From Planctomycetota bacterium (GTDB lineage Bacteria > Planctomycetota > Planctomycetia > Pirellulales > Lacipirellulaceae), in contig JBCCXZ010000023.1 in assembly GCA_039190745.1 (NCBI GenBank), positions 1 to 52,081 of the forward strand: a stretch of DNA of 52,081 nucleotides, read 5' to 3'. A program made the position numbers and the translations under genes. The notes under the pieces are model-generated. The model was not told the DNA's origin and made no database searches. It was given only the letters and a program-made list of their open reading frames with translations. Shown here one piece after another: positions 17,805-27,850 of this stretch; positions within the stretch are counted from its first letter, which is position 1, and each line of letters opens with the position of its first letter.

Positions 17805-17879
17805 CTGTGGGAGGCTTCTCCGAAGCCGATGACGGTTTCTGTAGCGAAGCGTAATCGGGCTCGGAGAGCCCTCCCACAG
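17805..17879. repeat. REP doublet (REPIN-like), copy 1
   Basis: GTGGGAGGCTTCTCCGAAGCCGAT ... ATCGGGCTCGGAGAGCCCTCCCAC inverted pair; 17847-17879 is identical to 48307-48339. Confidence 0.85.
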
Positions 17880-17914
17880 ACGTGCTCACTCTGCTCTGTG
17901 AGCGGGCCTTTTCC

Positions 17915-17920
17915 TATAAT
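17915..17920 (+). promoter_or_regulatory. Putative -10 element for the methyltransferase/ebo-like operon
   Basis: Perfect TATAAT in a GC-rich intergenic region about 130 nt upstream of the TTG start. Confidence 0.4.
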
Positions 17921-18048
17921 CGGCGATCCGGTGCGCCTGCCGGGGCCTCCCGTTCTTGTGTCGCGAGCGTTTGCGTGACGGCTGCGAGCGGCGTGTTGCG
18001 AGCGACCCCGCCAGCTGCTTCAACCCGACCCTTCAACCCGAGGCTTCG

Positions 18049-19245
18049 TTGGCAAAGACGGACGGCTGTGACGATCGTGCGTGGCTCGTCGGCCCCGAGG
18101 GGCGCCGTTGGCTGGCCGAGCTGACGGCGGGCGGCGTCGGCGAGCGGCGGTTGCGGCGGGAGCTGACGGCAGAGCGGTCTCGGCTGGTCGTCGAGCAGGT
18201 CGCGCTGCGGGAGCGGGCGCGGGCCAAGTTCGGCGAGCTGGCGGAGCGGATGTTCTTCACGAGGGTTGGGTTGGAGCAGGCGACCGATTGTTGGGTTGCG
18301 GCTTACAAGGCGCAGCGTTTTGCCGAGGGCCGGTTGGTTCACGACCTGTGCTGCGGCATCGGGGGCGACTTGCTGGCTTTGGCAGAACGCCGGGAGGCGG
18401 TCGGCGTGGACCGAGATGCGGGCGTGGCGGCGTTCGCGGAGGCAAACCTCGTTGCGTCGGGGCAATCGCTGGGTCGCGTGACGGTCGGAGACGTTGAGCA
18501 GTATGCGATCGAGCGCGGTGCGGCGTGGCACCTCGACCCCGATCGTCGGAGCGATCGCGGGCGTTCGACGCGTGTGGAGCTGCACTCGCCGGGGCCTGAA
18601 CTGGTCGGGCGGCTGCGGGAGGGCAACCCGGACGGCGTCGTGAAACTGGCGCCGGCTGCGGAGGCGCCAAGCGAATGGGAGGCGGAAGCGGAACGTGAGT
18701 GGATTACCCGCGGGAGAGAGTGCCGGCAGCAGGCGGTTTGGTTTGGCGGCTTGCCGGCCAAGCCTGGCTGTCGCCGGGCGACGGTGGTGCGAGCAGTGGA
18801 TCATCAGGTTGTGGCGGAAAGTTTTTCGGCGACGCCAGTAGCCGCCGATTCTGCAAGCGAGCCTGCTCAGTTTCTGTACGACCCCGACCCGAGCGTAGTC
18901 GCGGCGGGTTTGGCGGGCGCTTTCGCGACGCAGCACGGTTTGCAGACGCTCGGGCCAAGCGGGGTCTACCTGACTGGGCCGAAGCGTGCTTCGCCTTTGG
19001 CGGCTTGTTTCCGCGTGGGGGACGTGCTGCCGCTGCGGGAAAAGGCGGTGGGCGGCACCCTGAGGGCACAAGGGGTGGGGATTGTGGAGATCAAGCAACG
19101 GGGCGTGGGCGTTGACCCGGAGCGGTTCCGCAAGTCGCTCAAGTTGCAGGGCGACGGGCGGGCGACGTTGGTCCTGACGCGGGTGGGCGAGCGGCGGATT
19201 GCGGTGGTAACAGAGCGCGTTTCGGACCCGACCGAGGGCGGGTAG
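18049..19245 (+). CDS. Class I SAM-dependent methyltransferase with THUMP-like C-terminal domain
   Basis: RARAKF...MFFTRVGLEQAT, DLCCGIGGD SAM motif, LDPDRR, LYDPDPSVV, VEIKQRGV. Start chosen at TTG 18049. Confidence 0.8.
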   Translation: MAKTDGCDDRAWLVGPEGRRWLAELTAGGVGERRLRRELTAERSRLVVEQVALRERARAKFGELAERMFFTRVGLEQATDCWVAAYKAQRFAEGRLVHDLCCGIGGDLLALAERREAVGVDRDAGVAAFAEANLVASGQSLGRVTVGDVEQYAIERGAAWHLDPDRRSDRGRSTRVELHSPGPELVGRLREGNPDGVVKLAPAAEAPSEWEAEAEREWITRGRECRQQAVWFGGLPAKPGCRRATVVRAVDHQVVAESFSATPVAADSASEPAQFLYDPDPSVVAAGLAGAFATQHGLQTLGPSGVYLTGPKRASPLAACFRVGDVLPLREKAVGGTLRAQGVGIVEIKQRGVGVDPERFRKSLKLQGDGRATLVLTRVGERRIAVVTERVSDPTEGG

Positions 19246-19281
19246 GATACGGCCTTAACCTGATCCCTCACGGAAGGAACC

Positions 19282-20151
19282 ATGCAGCTCGCCTTTAGCT
19301 CCAACGCCTACTTGCGGCACTCGATCGAGGAGACGATCGCGCGGATCACTTCGATTGGTTACACGGGCATCGAACTGCTGGCGGACGTGCCGCACGCCTG
19401 GCCGGCGGGGCTTCTGCCGGAGCGGGTGGAGGCGATCGGCCGGTCGCTCGACGACCACGGGCTGACGATCTCGAACATCAACGCTTTTATGATGAACGCG
19501 GTGGCCGACCCGCGGCAGCCGTACTGGCACCCAAGCTTTATCGAGCCCGACCCGCACTACCGGGCGATCCGCCGGGAGCACACGAAGCGTTCGCTGAAGC
19601 TCGCGAGCGATTTGGGCGCGCCGCACATCACCACCGAGCCCGGCGGTCCGCTGGCGGAGGGCCAGTCGTGGGACGAAGCGGCGGCGGTGTTCTACGAGGA
19701 GCTGATGCCCTGCGTCGAAACGGCGGAGGCGCTGGGGGTGGGGCTGCTGATCGAACCGGAGCCGGACCTTTTGATCGAGCGGTTCGACGAGTACCTGCGG
19801 TTCGTGGAACGCATCGATTCGCCGCGGGTGGGGCTGAACTTCGACATCGGCCACGCCTACTGCGTGAACGAGGAGCCACAGGATTGGGTGCCGCGGATGG
19901 CCGAACACACGGTGCACTACCACTTGGAAGATATCGCCGCGACGCGGGTGCATGCGCATCTGGTGCCTGGCCAGGGGGCGATCGACTTCACCGCGACGCT
20001 GCGGGCGATTGCGGAGACCGGCTACGAGGGCTGGCTGACCGTGGAGCTGTACCCCTACGCCGAAGCCCCGGACGCGGCGGCGACCGAGGCGCGGGAGTTT
20101 CTGCTGCGTGAACTGGCGGTCGTCGAGTCGGCCCGGGCGAGCCAACCGTGA
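19282..20151 (+). CDS. Sugar phosphate isomerase/epimerase (xylose isomerase-like TIM barrel)
   Basis: IELLADVPHAWP, LLIEPEP, NFDIGH, HYHLEDI, HLVPGQGAIDF, TVELYP. Confidence 0.88.
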   Translation: MQLAFSSNAYLRHSIEETIARITSIGYTGIELLADVPHAWPAGLLPERVEAIGRSLDDHGLTISNINAFMMNAVADPRQPYWHPSFIEPDPHYRAIRREHTKRSLKLASDLGAPHITTEPGGPLAEGQSWDEAAAVFYEELMPCVETAEALGVGLLIEPEPDLLIERFDEYLRFVERIDSPRVGLNFDIGHAYCVNEEPQDWVPRMAEHTVHYHLEDIAATRVHAHLVPGQGAIDFTATLRAIAETGYEGWLTVELYPYAEAPDAAATEAREFLLRELAVVESARASQP

Positions 20152-21047
20152 GGCTGCCGCCGAAGGTGCTGGCGTGGTGGCGGCTGCTGCGGATCGCGAA
20201 CGTGTTCACGGCGGTGAGCAACGTCGTGGCGGGTTACTTGCTGGCCGGAGGAGATTTCGATGAACCGAGCGGTTTGTTCGGAGTGTGCGCTGCGTCGGCG
20301 TTGATTTATACCGGCGGCATGGTGCTGAACGACGTGCTCGATTACGGGCTGGATTGCGTCGAGCGGCCGGAGCGACCGTTGCCCTCGGGGGCGATCTCGC
20401 TGGGCTTCGCCCGTGGCATCTCCTGCACCCTGCTCCTGGCAGGTGTTGGACTCGCGGCGTTAGCCGGCGAGCCGTCGGCTTCGGTTACAGTTGCCTTGGT
20501 GTTCTGCGTTGTTAGCTACGACGCCAAGCTGAAGTCGACCTCCGGCGGGCCTTTAGGGATGGGCGCGTGCCGGATGGTGAACGTCTGGCTGGGGGCGAGC
20601 GTTGCTGGGCTCTGGCAGGCGGCGCCGCTGTTCTACGGCGGCTTGCTGGGGTTGTACACGGCGGGGCTGACGTGGTTTGCGCGGAGCGAGAACGAGGCGG
20701 GCTGGGGGCCGGATCAGTCGACGGGGCAGGGGGTCATGGCGTTGGCCCTGGGCTCGCTGCCCGCTTTGCCATTCTTGGTGCTGGGGGCCAATTCGATCGC
20801 GGTCCCCCACTTCTTCTGGATGCTCGGATGGGCCGGGCTCACCGCGGGCTTCGGCAAACTGCTGCTACAGGTGCGTTCTGACCCGACGCCCGAAGCGATC
20901 CGCCGGTTTGTTGGTTGGTTGATTCTCGGTTTCCTCGCTATCGACGCCTTGGTTTGCCTGGCCGCAGCGGGGTGGATCGCCGCGGCGGCAGTGCTGTTGC
21001 TGGTCTTTCCTACGCTGTTTCTGGCGCGAGTGGCCCCGATGACTTAA
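20148..21047 (+). CDS. UbiA family prenyltransferase (EboC-like)
   Basis: LLRIANVFTAVSNV, YTGGMVLNDVLDYGLDCVERPERPLPSG, MGACR; multiple TM helices; GTGA overlap with the upstream gene. Confidence 0.88.
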   Translation: MRLPPKVLAWWRLLRIANVFTAVSNVVAGYLLAGGDFDEPSGLFGVCAASALIYTGGMVLNDVLDYGLDCVERPERPLPSGAISLGFARGISCTLLLAGVGLAALAGEPSASVTVALVFCVVSYDAKLKSTSGGPLGMGACRMVNVWLGASVAGLWQAAPLFYGGLLGLYTAGLTWFARSENEAGWGPDQSTGQGVMALALGSLPALPFLVLGANSIAVPHFFWMLGWAGLTAGFGKLLLQVRSDPTPEAIRRFVGWLILGFLAIDALVCLAAAGWIAAAAVLLLVFPTLFLARVAPMT

Positions 21048-21060
21048 CCGAGGGAACCGG

Positions 21061-21894
21061 ATGCGGATTGGCTACAACACAAACGGGTTGGCGCACCACT
21101 CGTTGCACGAAGCGGTAGAGCTGCTCGCGTCGCTGGGCTACGAGAGCGTGGCGATTACGCTCGACCACGCGGCTTTGAACCCGTACGCGCTTGGTTTTGA
21201 GGACGGGCTGAAGGCGATGCGTGCCCAGCTCGAAGAGCACGGCATGCGTTCGGTGGTGGAGACGGGAGCCCGGTACCTGCTCGACCCACGGGCGAAGCAC
21301 TCTCCGACGCTGCTCGCGGACGACCCGGTCGATCGGGCGCGGCGGATGGATTTTCTGATGCACGCGGTCGACGCCGCGGCGGCGCTGGGGAGCGATTGTG
21401 TGTCGCTCTGGTCGGGCACCCCGCCTGAGGGCTGCGAGAGAGAAGCCGCGGAGGACCGGCTCTACGCGGGGCTCCGTGAGGTGCTGGATTACGCGGATGC
21501 GTGCGGCGTGATGCTCGGGTTCGAGCCGGAGCCGGGGATGCTGATCGACACGATGGAGCGGTTCGCGATTTTGCACGAGCGGGTGCATTCGCCGCGGCTG
21601 AGGCTGACGCTCGACGTGGGGCACCTGCACTGCTTGGGCGAGACGCCGATCGCCGAGCACATCCACCGGTGGGGAGACAAGCTGCTGAATGTGCACATCG
21701 AAGACATGCGTGAGGGCGTGCACGAGCACCTGATGTTCGGCGAGGGGGAGATCGACTTTCCGCCGGTCATCGCGGCGCTGCGGGGGGCCGGTTACCATGG
21801 GGGACTGCACGTGGAGCTGAGCCGGCACAGCCATGTTGGGCCGCAGGCGGCTGCGGAATCCTTCAGCTTCTTGGCAGGGCTAGTAAAGGATTAG
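21061..21894 (+). CDS. Sugar phosphate isomerase/epimerase (TIM barrel), second paralog
   Basis: GYNTNGLAHH, VETGARYLLDP, GFEPEPGM, TLDVGH, VHIEDMREGVHEHLMFGEGEIDF, VELSRHSH. Confidence 0.88.
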   Translation: MRIGYNTNGLAHHSLHEAVELLASLGYESVAITLDHAALNPYALGFEDGLKAMRAQLEEHGMRSVVETGARYLLDPRAKHSPTLLADDPVDRARRMDFLMHAVDAAAALGSDCVSLWSGTPPEGCEREAAEDRLYAGLREVLDYADACGVMLGFEPEPGMLIDTMERFAILHERVHSPRLRLTLDVGHLHCLGETPIAEHIHRWGDKLLNVHIEDMREGVHEHLMFGEGEIDFPPVIAALRGAGYHGGLHVELSRHSHVGPQAAAESFSFLAGLVKD

Positions 21895-21924
21895 CCACAG
21901 ATGGACGCAGATGAACACGGATGG
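21895..21924. repeat. 10-bp periodic repeat x3
   Basis: CCACAGATGG ACGCAGATGA ACACGGATGG immediately after the stop codon. Confidence 0.7.
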
Positions 21925-21948
21925 ATTTGAGGAGAGGCGGGTCTTTGC

Positions 21949-23268
21949 ATGTCTGAACATGTGATCTTGGTGTTCGTGCCGGGGCTGCGGGGTCAGGACC
22001 TCGAATCGATGCCACGGCTGGCGGGTCTGGTTGCCGGCGGCGACCGGGCGGAGCTCGGTCCGGGGTGCCCCGCGGTGACGTGCCCCGTTGAAGCGAACAT
22101 GCTGACGGGCATGAACGCCGAACAGCACGGCGTGGTGGCCAACGGATTCTTCTGGCGCGAGAAGAACGAGGTCGAGATGTGGACCTCGCCGAACGACTGT
22201 ATTTTGCAGCCGCAGTTGTGGGATATCCTCCACAAGCACGACCCGTCGCTGACCAGCGCGACGTGGTTCATGCGGCACACGAAGCACTGCGGGGCGGACT
22301 ACGTCTGCACCGAGGCGCCAATCCACAACCCGGACGGGAGCGAGTCGCTGTGGTGCTACACGCGGCCCGAGCCGTTGTACGGCGAGCTGCGGGACGCATT
22401 GGGTCATTTCCCGCTGCAGCACTTCTGGGGGCCGATCGCGAACATCAAGAGCACGGAATGGATCGTGGCGTCGGCCGTGGAGGCGGCGGGGCGGTTCAGG
22501 CCGAACCTGTTTACAGTCTACCTGCCGCACTTGGATTACGCGGCGCAGAAGCACGGTCCTGACAGCGAGGAGGCGGCGCGGTCGCTCGGCGAACTGGACG
22601 AGGAGTTTGGCAAGCTGATCGACGGCATGAACACCGCCTACGGCGACGCGGACCCCATGTGGATGGTGGTGAGCGAGTACGTCATCACGCCGGTCGAGCG
22701 TGTGAGCTACCCGAACCGGGTGCTACGCGAGGCCGGTTTCTTGAAGGTGCGCGACAGTGAACACGGAACGGTGATCGACTTCGCCGAGAGCCGGGCGTGG
22801 GCGATGGTCGATCATCAGGTGTCGCATGTTTACCTTCGGGACCCAAGCGACGCGGATGCGGTAGGGTCGGTGATCCATTCCGACCCATCCATCGCCGAGG
22901 TGCTGGGCGGCGAGGAACTCGCGAAGTACGACCTGCGGCACGAGCGGTCGGGCGAGCTGGTCGCCATTTCTCACCCCGACGCCTGGCAGGCGTACTACTA
23001 CTGGCTAGACGACGCGGAAGCGCCCGCGTTTGCGCGAACGGTCGACATTCACCGCAAGCCGGGGTACGACCCGGTCGAGCTGTTCTTCGACCCGGCGACC
23101 AAGAGCATCCCGCTCGACGCCACGCTAGTGCGGGGCTCGCACGGGGCTCCGGCGGTGGACGCTTCACAGCGGGGCGTGCTGCTGTGCAACCAGCGCGGTG
23201 TGTTCGTCGAGGGCCCCACAGCCGATACCGACGTGGCGGACATCGTGCTGCGACAGTTCGGCATCTGA
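21949..23268 (+). CDS. Alkaline phosphatase superfamily nucleotide pyrophosphatase/phosphodiesterase (EboF-like)
   Basis: PAVTC nucleophile, HGVVANG, LGHFPLQHFWGP, YLPHLDY, VSEY, DHQVSHVY, FARTVDIHRKPGYDPVELF, LVRGSHG. Confidence 0.88.
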   Translation: MSEHVILVFVPGLRGQDLESMPRLAGLVAGGDRAELGPGCPAVTCPVEANMLTGMNAEQHGVVANGFFWREKNEVEMWTSPNDCILQPQLWDILHKHDPSLTSATWFMRHTKHCGADYVCTEAPIHNPDGSESLWCYTRPEPLYGELRDALGHFPLQHFWGPIANIKSTEWIVASAVEAAGRFRPNLFTVYLPHLDYAAQKHGPDSEEAARSLGELDEEFGKLIDGMNTAYGDADPMWMVVSEYVITPVERVSYPNRVLREAGFLKVRDSEHGTVIDFAESRAWAMVDHQVSHVYLRDPSDADAVGSVIHSDPSIAEVLGGEELAKYDLRHERSGELVAISHPDAWQAYYYWLDDAEAPAFARTVDIHRKPGYDPVELFFDPATKSIPLDATLVRGSHGAPAVDASQRGVLLCNQRGVFVEGPTADTDVADIVLRQFGI

Positions 23269-23412
23269 GCGCGCGAAACTCTACCGGTTAGCGAACGGCG
23301 TCCGGTGCGCCTTCTCGTAGCGGAAATGCGGCCGGCGCTCGGTCGATACCAGTGGTGGCGTCTACCGACGCCGCCGATCGAAACCCAAACCGACCTCTGC
23401 CGGAGTCTTCCG

Positions 23413-24501
23413 ATGCGCCGCCGATTCACGCTGTCTGCTCTCGCCGTGACGCTAGCAGTGCTGCCCAGTTCGACTGTGCTGGCTCAACAGGGCCGGGCCG
23501 TGGTCCCCGGGACCGGCACGCTGATCGATTACGCCAGCGACGACTTCGAGCAGGGCGACTGGGGCTTTGTGCACCACCACCCGAAGAGCTCGCGGGAACA
23601 GGACGAGCGGCTCCGCGGTCCCACGGGCAAGTCGACCAACCGCCGCTGGATCGAGGGCCCCGAGCGCGGGCAGCCGGACCTGATCAAGGTGGTGCCGACG
23701 CCGCCGGGCGGTTTGGCCGGTTCCAGCCAAGCGTTGATGCTGCGGACGCTGCACTCGGGCATCCCCGGGTACAACAGCCGCGACGTGCAGCAGGACGACA
23801 TCGTGTTCGACACGATCAAGCGACTGCGGGGAACGATCCCTGTCGGCGAGATGCCGAGCTTCACGGTGCGGGTGTACCTGCCGCCGGCCGACGAGTGGGA
23901 GAACCGCTCCGGGCCGCACTTCGGCATCCGCGGGAGCTGCCAGACGATCACCGACAAAGTGGACTCCGCGGGCCGCGGCTTCTGGGCCCGCGCCACGAGT
24001 TCGAAGGAGGTCGAGCCCTATTGGCCGGGCATGTGGATCCACTTCCGCAGCGAGGGGAGCCGCGGTAACAAGGCCGACTCGGCCTTTCTGACCGTCCGCG
24101 GCGACCGCCGGGGGCGTGACTTCCGTGCCAAGGAGATCCCCGTTGATCAGTTCGGCTGGTGGACCTTCGGCATGTCGTTCACCGGCGACGGCTCGGTGCA
24201 CTACTACGCCAAGCCGGGCACCGACGAGCTGACCGCCGCCGACCACATTACCTCGCAATACCCTTACGGCTTCAACGCCCTGCGGTTCCGCACGTACTTC
24301 TTTAACGTGTGCAACAACAACAATGGCAAGAGCTGGTCGACCCCGTTCGTGATCGACGACCCGAAGCTGTACGTGAAGAACTCCTCACGCGTGGAGCGGA
24401 TTGTGCAGCAGCAGGAGGCCCGCGACGCACGGATGGCGAAGGCCCAGGAGCAACGCGAGCAGCGTGCGGCCCAGAAGCGTCAGATGAAAAAGCGCGGTTA
24501 A
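23413..24501 (+). CDS. Secreted hypothetical protein
   Basis: GGAG RBS, ATG 23413, signal peptide [24 protein letters not shown]; aromatic-rich beta-type body; strong GC3 bias. Confidence 0.75.
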   Translation: MRRRFTLSALAVTLAVLPSSTVLAQQGRAVVPGTGTLIDYASDDFEQGDWGFVHHHPKSSREQDERLRGPTGKSTNRRWIEGPERGQPDLIKVVPTPPGGLAGSSQALMLRTLHSGIPGYNSRDVQQDDIVFDTIKRLRGTIPVGEMPSFTVRVYLPPADEWENRSGPHFGIRGSCQTITDKVDSAGRGFWARATSSKEVEPYWPGMWIHFRSEGSRGNKADSAFLTVRGDRRGRDFRAKEIPVDQFGWWTFGMSFTGDGSVHYYAKPGTDELTAADHITSQYPYGFNALRFRTYFFNVCNNNNGKSWSTPFVIDDPKLYVKNSSRVERIVQQQEARDARMAKAQEQREQRAAQKRQMKKRG

Positions 24502-25310
24502 GAACGTTCGTTGAACACAAACCCGCGGCTCTGGCTGAAGAACTGGCGGGGGTTGTCGTAGACGACGCGGCGGATAAGGCTCTCGGGATGGCCGCGGCGG
24601 CGCATCTCGAGGATGAAGTCGGGCACCGCGGTCGGCTTGGAGGGGCCCCAGTCGCCGGCGGAATTCACCAGCAGACGCTCGGGGCCGTGCATCTCGACGA
24701 TGTCGGCCGCGCGGGCCGGGGTGCACTTGGTGACCGGGTAGAGCGTCATGCCGGCCCAGAAGCCGGCTTCGAGCACCGGGCGGACGGTGTGTTCCTCGAC
24801 GTGGTCGACCAGCACGCGGCTGCGGTCGATGCGGGCGTCGCCGGTGAGCATGTCGAGGATCATCCGCGTGCCCTGGTGCTTGTCTTCCAGGTGCGGCGTG
24901 TGGATGAGGATCTGCTCGTTCGTCTTCATCGCCAGGTCGAGGTGCTCCAGAAAGACGATCGCCTCGTTGCGGGTGTTCTTGTTGAGGCCGATCTCGCCGA
25001 TGCCGAGCACGCCGGGGCGGTCGAGGAACTCGGGGATCATCGCGATCACTTCGCGGGAGAGCTCGACGTTTTCGGCCTCCTTGGCGTTGATGCAGAGCCA
25101 CGTGTAGTGCTGGATGCCGTACTGGGCGGCGCGGGTCGGCTCGAAGGCGGTGAGCTGCTCGAAGTAGTCGCGGAAGCCGTCGACCGTGCCGCGGTCGAAA
25201 CCGGCCCAGAAGGCGGGCTCGCTCATGGCGACGCAGCCCATCTTGGCAAGCGTCTCGTAGTCGTCGGTGGTGCGCGACACCATGTGGATGTGCGGGTCGA
25301 AGTAGTCCAT
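24498..25310 (-). CDS. TatD family hydrolase (EboB-like)
   Basis: [54 protein letters not shown]. Confidence 0.9.
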   Translation of the reverse strand: MDYFDPHIHMVSRTTDDYETLAKMGCVAMSEPAFWAGFDRGTVDGFRDYFEQLTAFEPTRAAQYGIQHYTWLCINAKEAENVELSREVIAMIPEFLDRPGVLGIGEIGLNKNTRNEAIVFLEHLDLAMKTNEQILIHTPHLEDKHQGTRMILDMLTGDARIDRSRVLVDHVEEHTVRPVLEAGFWAGMTLYPVTKCTPARAADIVEMHGPERLLVNSAGDWGPSKPTAVPDFILEMRRRGHPESLIRRVVYDNPRQFFSQSRGFVFNERS

Positions 25311-25343
25311 GGCTTCGCGGTGGAACGGGGCAGGGCGGGGCTA

Positions 25344-25616
25344 TCAGCGGCCGGCGACGACTTCCAGTTGCTGGCGCCAAGCCGGGTCGTACTGGCGGCT
25401 GAAGATCAACTGGACCCGCTCGGCTCGGTTGGGGGCGTCTTCGAGCAGCACCGCAAGGGCTTGGCGGAGCTGCTGGAGCTGATCGTCCACCGATTGGCCA
25501 TCCGCCCGGTCGAGGCGGTCCAGCCCGGCGGCGATCTCCAGGGCCTTTGCGCGCAGCGGCAGCAGCTCGGTTTGGAGGACTTCAGCGCGGGTGCGTGGCG
25601 GGGTGTTGTCTGCCAT
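25344..25616 (-). CDS. Small hypothetical helical protein
   Basis: LRAKALEIAAGLDRLDRA...RAERVQLIFSRQYDPAW; co-oriented 33 nt upstream of the TatD gene. Confidence 0.75.
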   Translation of the reverse strand: MADNTPPRTRAEVLQTELLPLRAKALEIAAGLDRLDRADGQSVDDQLQQLRQALAVLLEDAPNRAERVQLIFSRQYDPAWRQQLEVVAGR

Positions 25617-25842
25617 AGCGGGCGGCCTTGCGTTGGGTTCGTGCGGCTTGTATCAGTCTCGCGGGCACGGGCGGTGCTGGCAACAGCAGGCCGCTGAGAG
25701 ACTGCAGCTGCGCAGCGGCGCAATGCGGCGGTTTCGGCCTAGGTTTTATTGCCTAAAGCAGCGTCGCCACGCCGCTCCCCGGCGTCTGGGGAGCTCGGCC
25801 GAGGGGACGCGTGTATGCCCTTGGAAAGGAAGCATCCGACCG

Positions 25843-27438
25843 GTGCCCGAGAAGCTCGAACTAACGCTGAGCACGCTGAAAGCCTCGCGCAACGAGGCCT
25901 CGGTACACGTCCTGCTCTCCGGTTTGGAACGGAAGGTCGGCACGGTCTTCGAGGGGGCGCTCCGGACGCTTCTGGCCCGGCGGAGCAAGAACGGACACCT
26001 CGCCGCTTTGCGCGTCTTGCACCAGCTTCAGCCCGAGCAATTTGATCTGCTGGAGACAGGCAGGGGGCGTCTTACTGCGGCGCTCCGCGATGCCTTGCTG
26101 CACGACGACGAACAGCTGTTCGAGAACGCCTGCACGTTCCTTTCGGAGTTCAACGAGTACGACTCGCTGCCGACGCTGCTGGTGCTTTGCGAGGAGGTCG
26201 AGTCGCCCCGCCAGCCCAGGGCGCTCGCCCTGACCAAGGAACTGGCCGACCGTCTTGGCAAGCTGGTGTACGGCCCGCGTGACGAGCAGACGCGGCGCGA
26301 CCCGGAGATGCTCCGGCACGGGCTGCTCGAGCAGTTCGAGGCGAGCGTCGGGCGGTACCGGGCGCACCAGCAGGACGGCATCGTGGAAGCCTACGTGATG
26401 CTGGCGGTGCCGACGTCGTCGGAGCTGCGGGCGATCCTGGGGGCGCCGCACCACGCCTGCTACCGGCCGGTGATCCAAACGCTCACGCACAGTGAGTGCG
26501 TCGGCGTGCTGAAGCTGCTGTTCGGCTTCCTGGCGTCTGCCGACGCGCCGAGCGCCGCCTTGAAAGTGATCGGCCACCGCGACGACCCCCTGTTCACCCA
26601 CCGGCTTGCGGCGTTCGTCCGCGAGGGCCTGCGTCCGAACGCCCAACGGAACCTGAAGCGTATTGCCTCGTTCTCGTGGCTCGAGGCCGCGATCGACGAG
26701 CCGGCTTCGCTGACGGAGCAGCAGCAGGTCGACTACGTGGAGTTGGTCCCGCATTCGGGGGCGCCGCTAGAGAAACAGTTTGCCCTGTTCCGGGCGATCC
26801 TTGAGGCGGGCGGGCTCGCGTCGCGCGTTGCGGCTTGCAAGGCTGTGGCGGGGTTCGAGTCCGACGAATCGAACCGCATCCTGGCGCAGGCGCTCGACGA
26901 CAACCAGCCCGAGGTGCAATCGATTGCCGCCGCGCATGCCCGGCAACGCCGGCTGCCTGGGACGCTGCCGAAGCTCTTGCGGATGCTCGACAGCCCCCAC
27001 GCTGAGGTGCGCGACACCGTGCGGAAGTCGCTCTCGGAGTTTAATTTCCAGAGCTTCGCGGCCCGGTTCGAGTCGATGAACGAGGACCTTGTCGAGAGCA
27101 CCGCGAAGCTGGTCCGGAAAGTGGACCCCAACATCACAACGAGCCTGGTGACCGAGCTGCAGTCCTCGCTTCGGTCGGCCCGGCTGCGTGCGATCTCGAT
27201 GGCGGTGCTGCTCAGCTCCGCCGACGAGGTGGCCGAGGCGATGATCGAGTTGCTTCAGGACCCCGAACACGTGGTCCGCGTGGCGGCGGCCGACGGCCTG
27301 CAGCACTACGACACGCCGAGCGTACGGGGGGCTTTGCGCTTGGCGTTGCGGGACAAGAGCCGCTCGGTGCAGGCCACGGCCGAGAGCAGCCTCGCTGCGC
27401 TGGGCGAACCTGCGGAACCCCTGGGAGACCTGCTGTGA
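25843..27438 (+). CDS. HEAT repeat domain protein
   Basis: Repeated LxDxxxxVRxxA units (LDDNQPEVQSIA, LDSPHAEVRDTV, LQDPEHVVRVAA, LRDKSRSVQATA); AAAGGA RBS before GTG 25843. Confidence 0.8.
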   Translation: MPEKLELTLSTLKASRNEASVHVLLSGLERKVGTVFEGALRTLLARRSKNGHLAALRVLHQLQPEQFDLLETGRGRLTAALRDALLHDDEQLFENACTFLSEFNEYDSLPTLLVLCEEVESPRQPRALALTKELADRLGKLVYGPRDEQTRRDPEMLRHGLLEQFEASVGRYRAHQQDGIVEAYVMLAVPTSSELRAILGAPHHACYRPVIQTLTHSECVGVLKLLFGFLASADAPSAALKVIGHRDDPLFTHRLAAFVREGLRPNAQRNLKRIASFSWLEAAIDEPASLTEQQQVDYVELVPHSGAPLEKQFALFRAILEAGGLASRVAACKAVAGFESDESNRILAQALDDNQPEVQSIAAAHARQRRLPGTLPKLLRMLDSPHAEVRDTVRKSLSEFNFQSFAARFESMNEDLVESTAKLVRKVDPNITTSLVTELQSSLRSARLRAISMAVLLSSADEVAEAMIELLQDPEHVVRVAAADGLQHYDTPSVRGALRLALRDKSRSVQATAESSLAALGEPAEPLGDLL

Positions 27439-27839
27439 ACGGCGCCTACTACGCACTGCTCGGGCAGGTCACGAACTGGCAACGCCTGGGGGACGGGCTG
27501 CACAAGCCGGGCGGGCGCGCCGGCCTGGGCGAGATGCTGGGCGTCCTGGCGGGCGTCGTGGCGTTGGCGGGCCTGGTGTTTGCGATCGAGCACCTGCGGC
27601 GCCGGTTCGACTTCACGCTCACCTGCAACGACAGCACCAAGCTGTTCCGCGAGTTGTGCAACGCCCACGAGCTGGATTATCCGTCGAGACGGCTGCTGCG
27701 GCGGGTCTCGGCGGCGGCGGGCTTCGACGAGCCGGCGGCCGTGTTCCTCTCGCCGGAGTGGTTCGACCCCGAGCGTTTGCCCAAACGCTTGGCGGCCGAG
27801 GAGCGGCGGTTGCAGGAGCTGCGAGAACGGTTGTTCTAG
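27435..27839 (+). CDS. Hypothetical membrane-anchored protein
   Basis: One TM helix then LFRELCNAHEL...PAAVFLSPEWF; GTGA overlap with the HEAT gene. Confidence 0.7.
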   Translation: MNGAYYALLGQVTNWQRLGDGLHKPGGRAGLGEMLGVLAGVVALAGLVFAIEHLRRRFDFTLTCNDSTKLFRELCNAHELDYPSRRLLRRVSAAAGFDEPAAVFLSPEWFDPERLPKRLAAEERRLQELRERLF

Positions 27840-27850
27840 CGCAACGCGTG

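Noticed and set aside
18018..18041. CTTCAACCCGA direct repeat x2 before the methyltransferase
   Set aside because: Two short copies only; cannot be distinguished from a slippage duplication.
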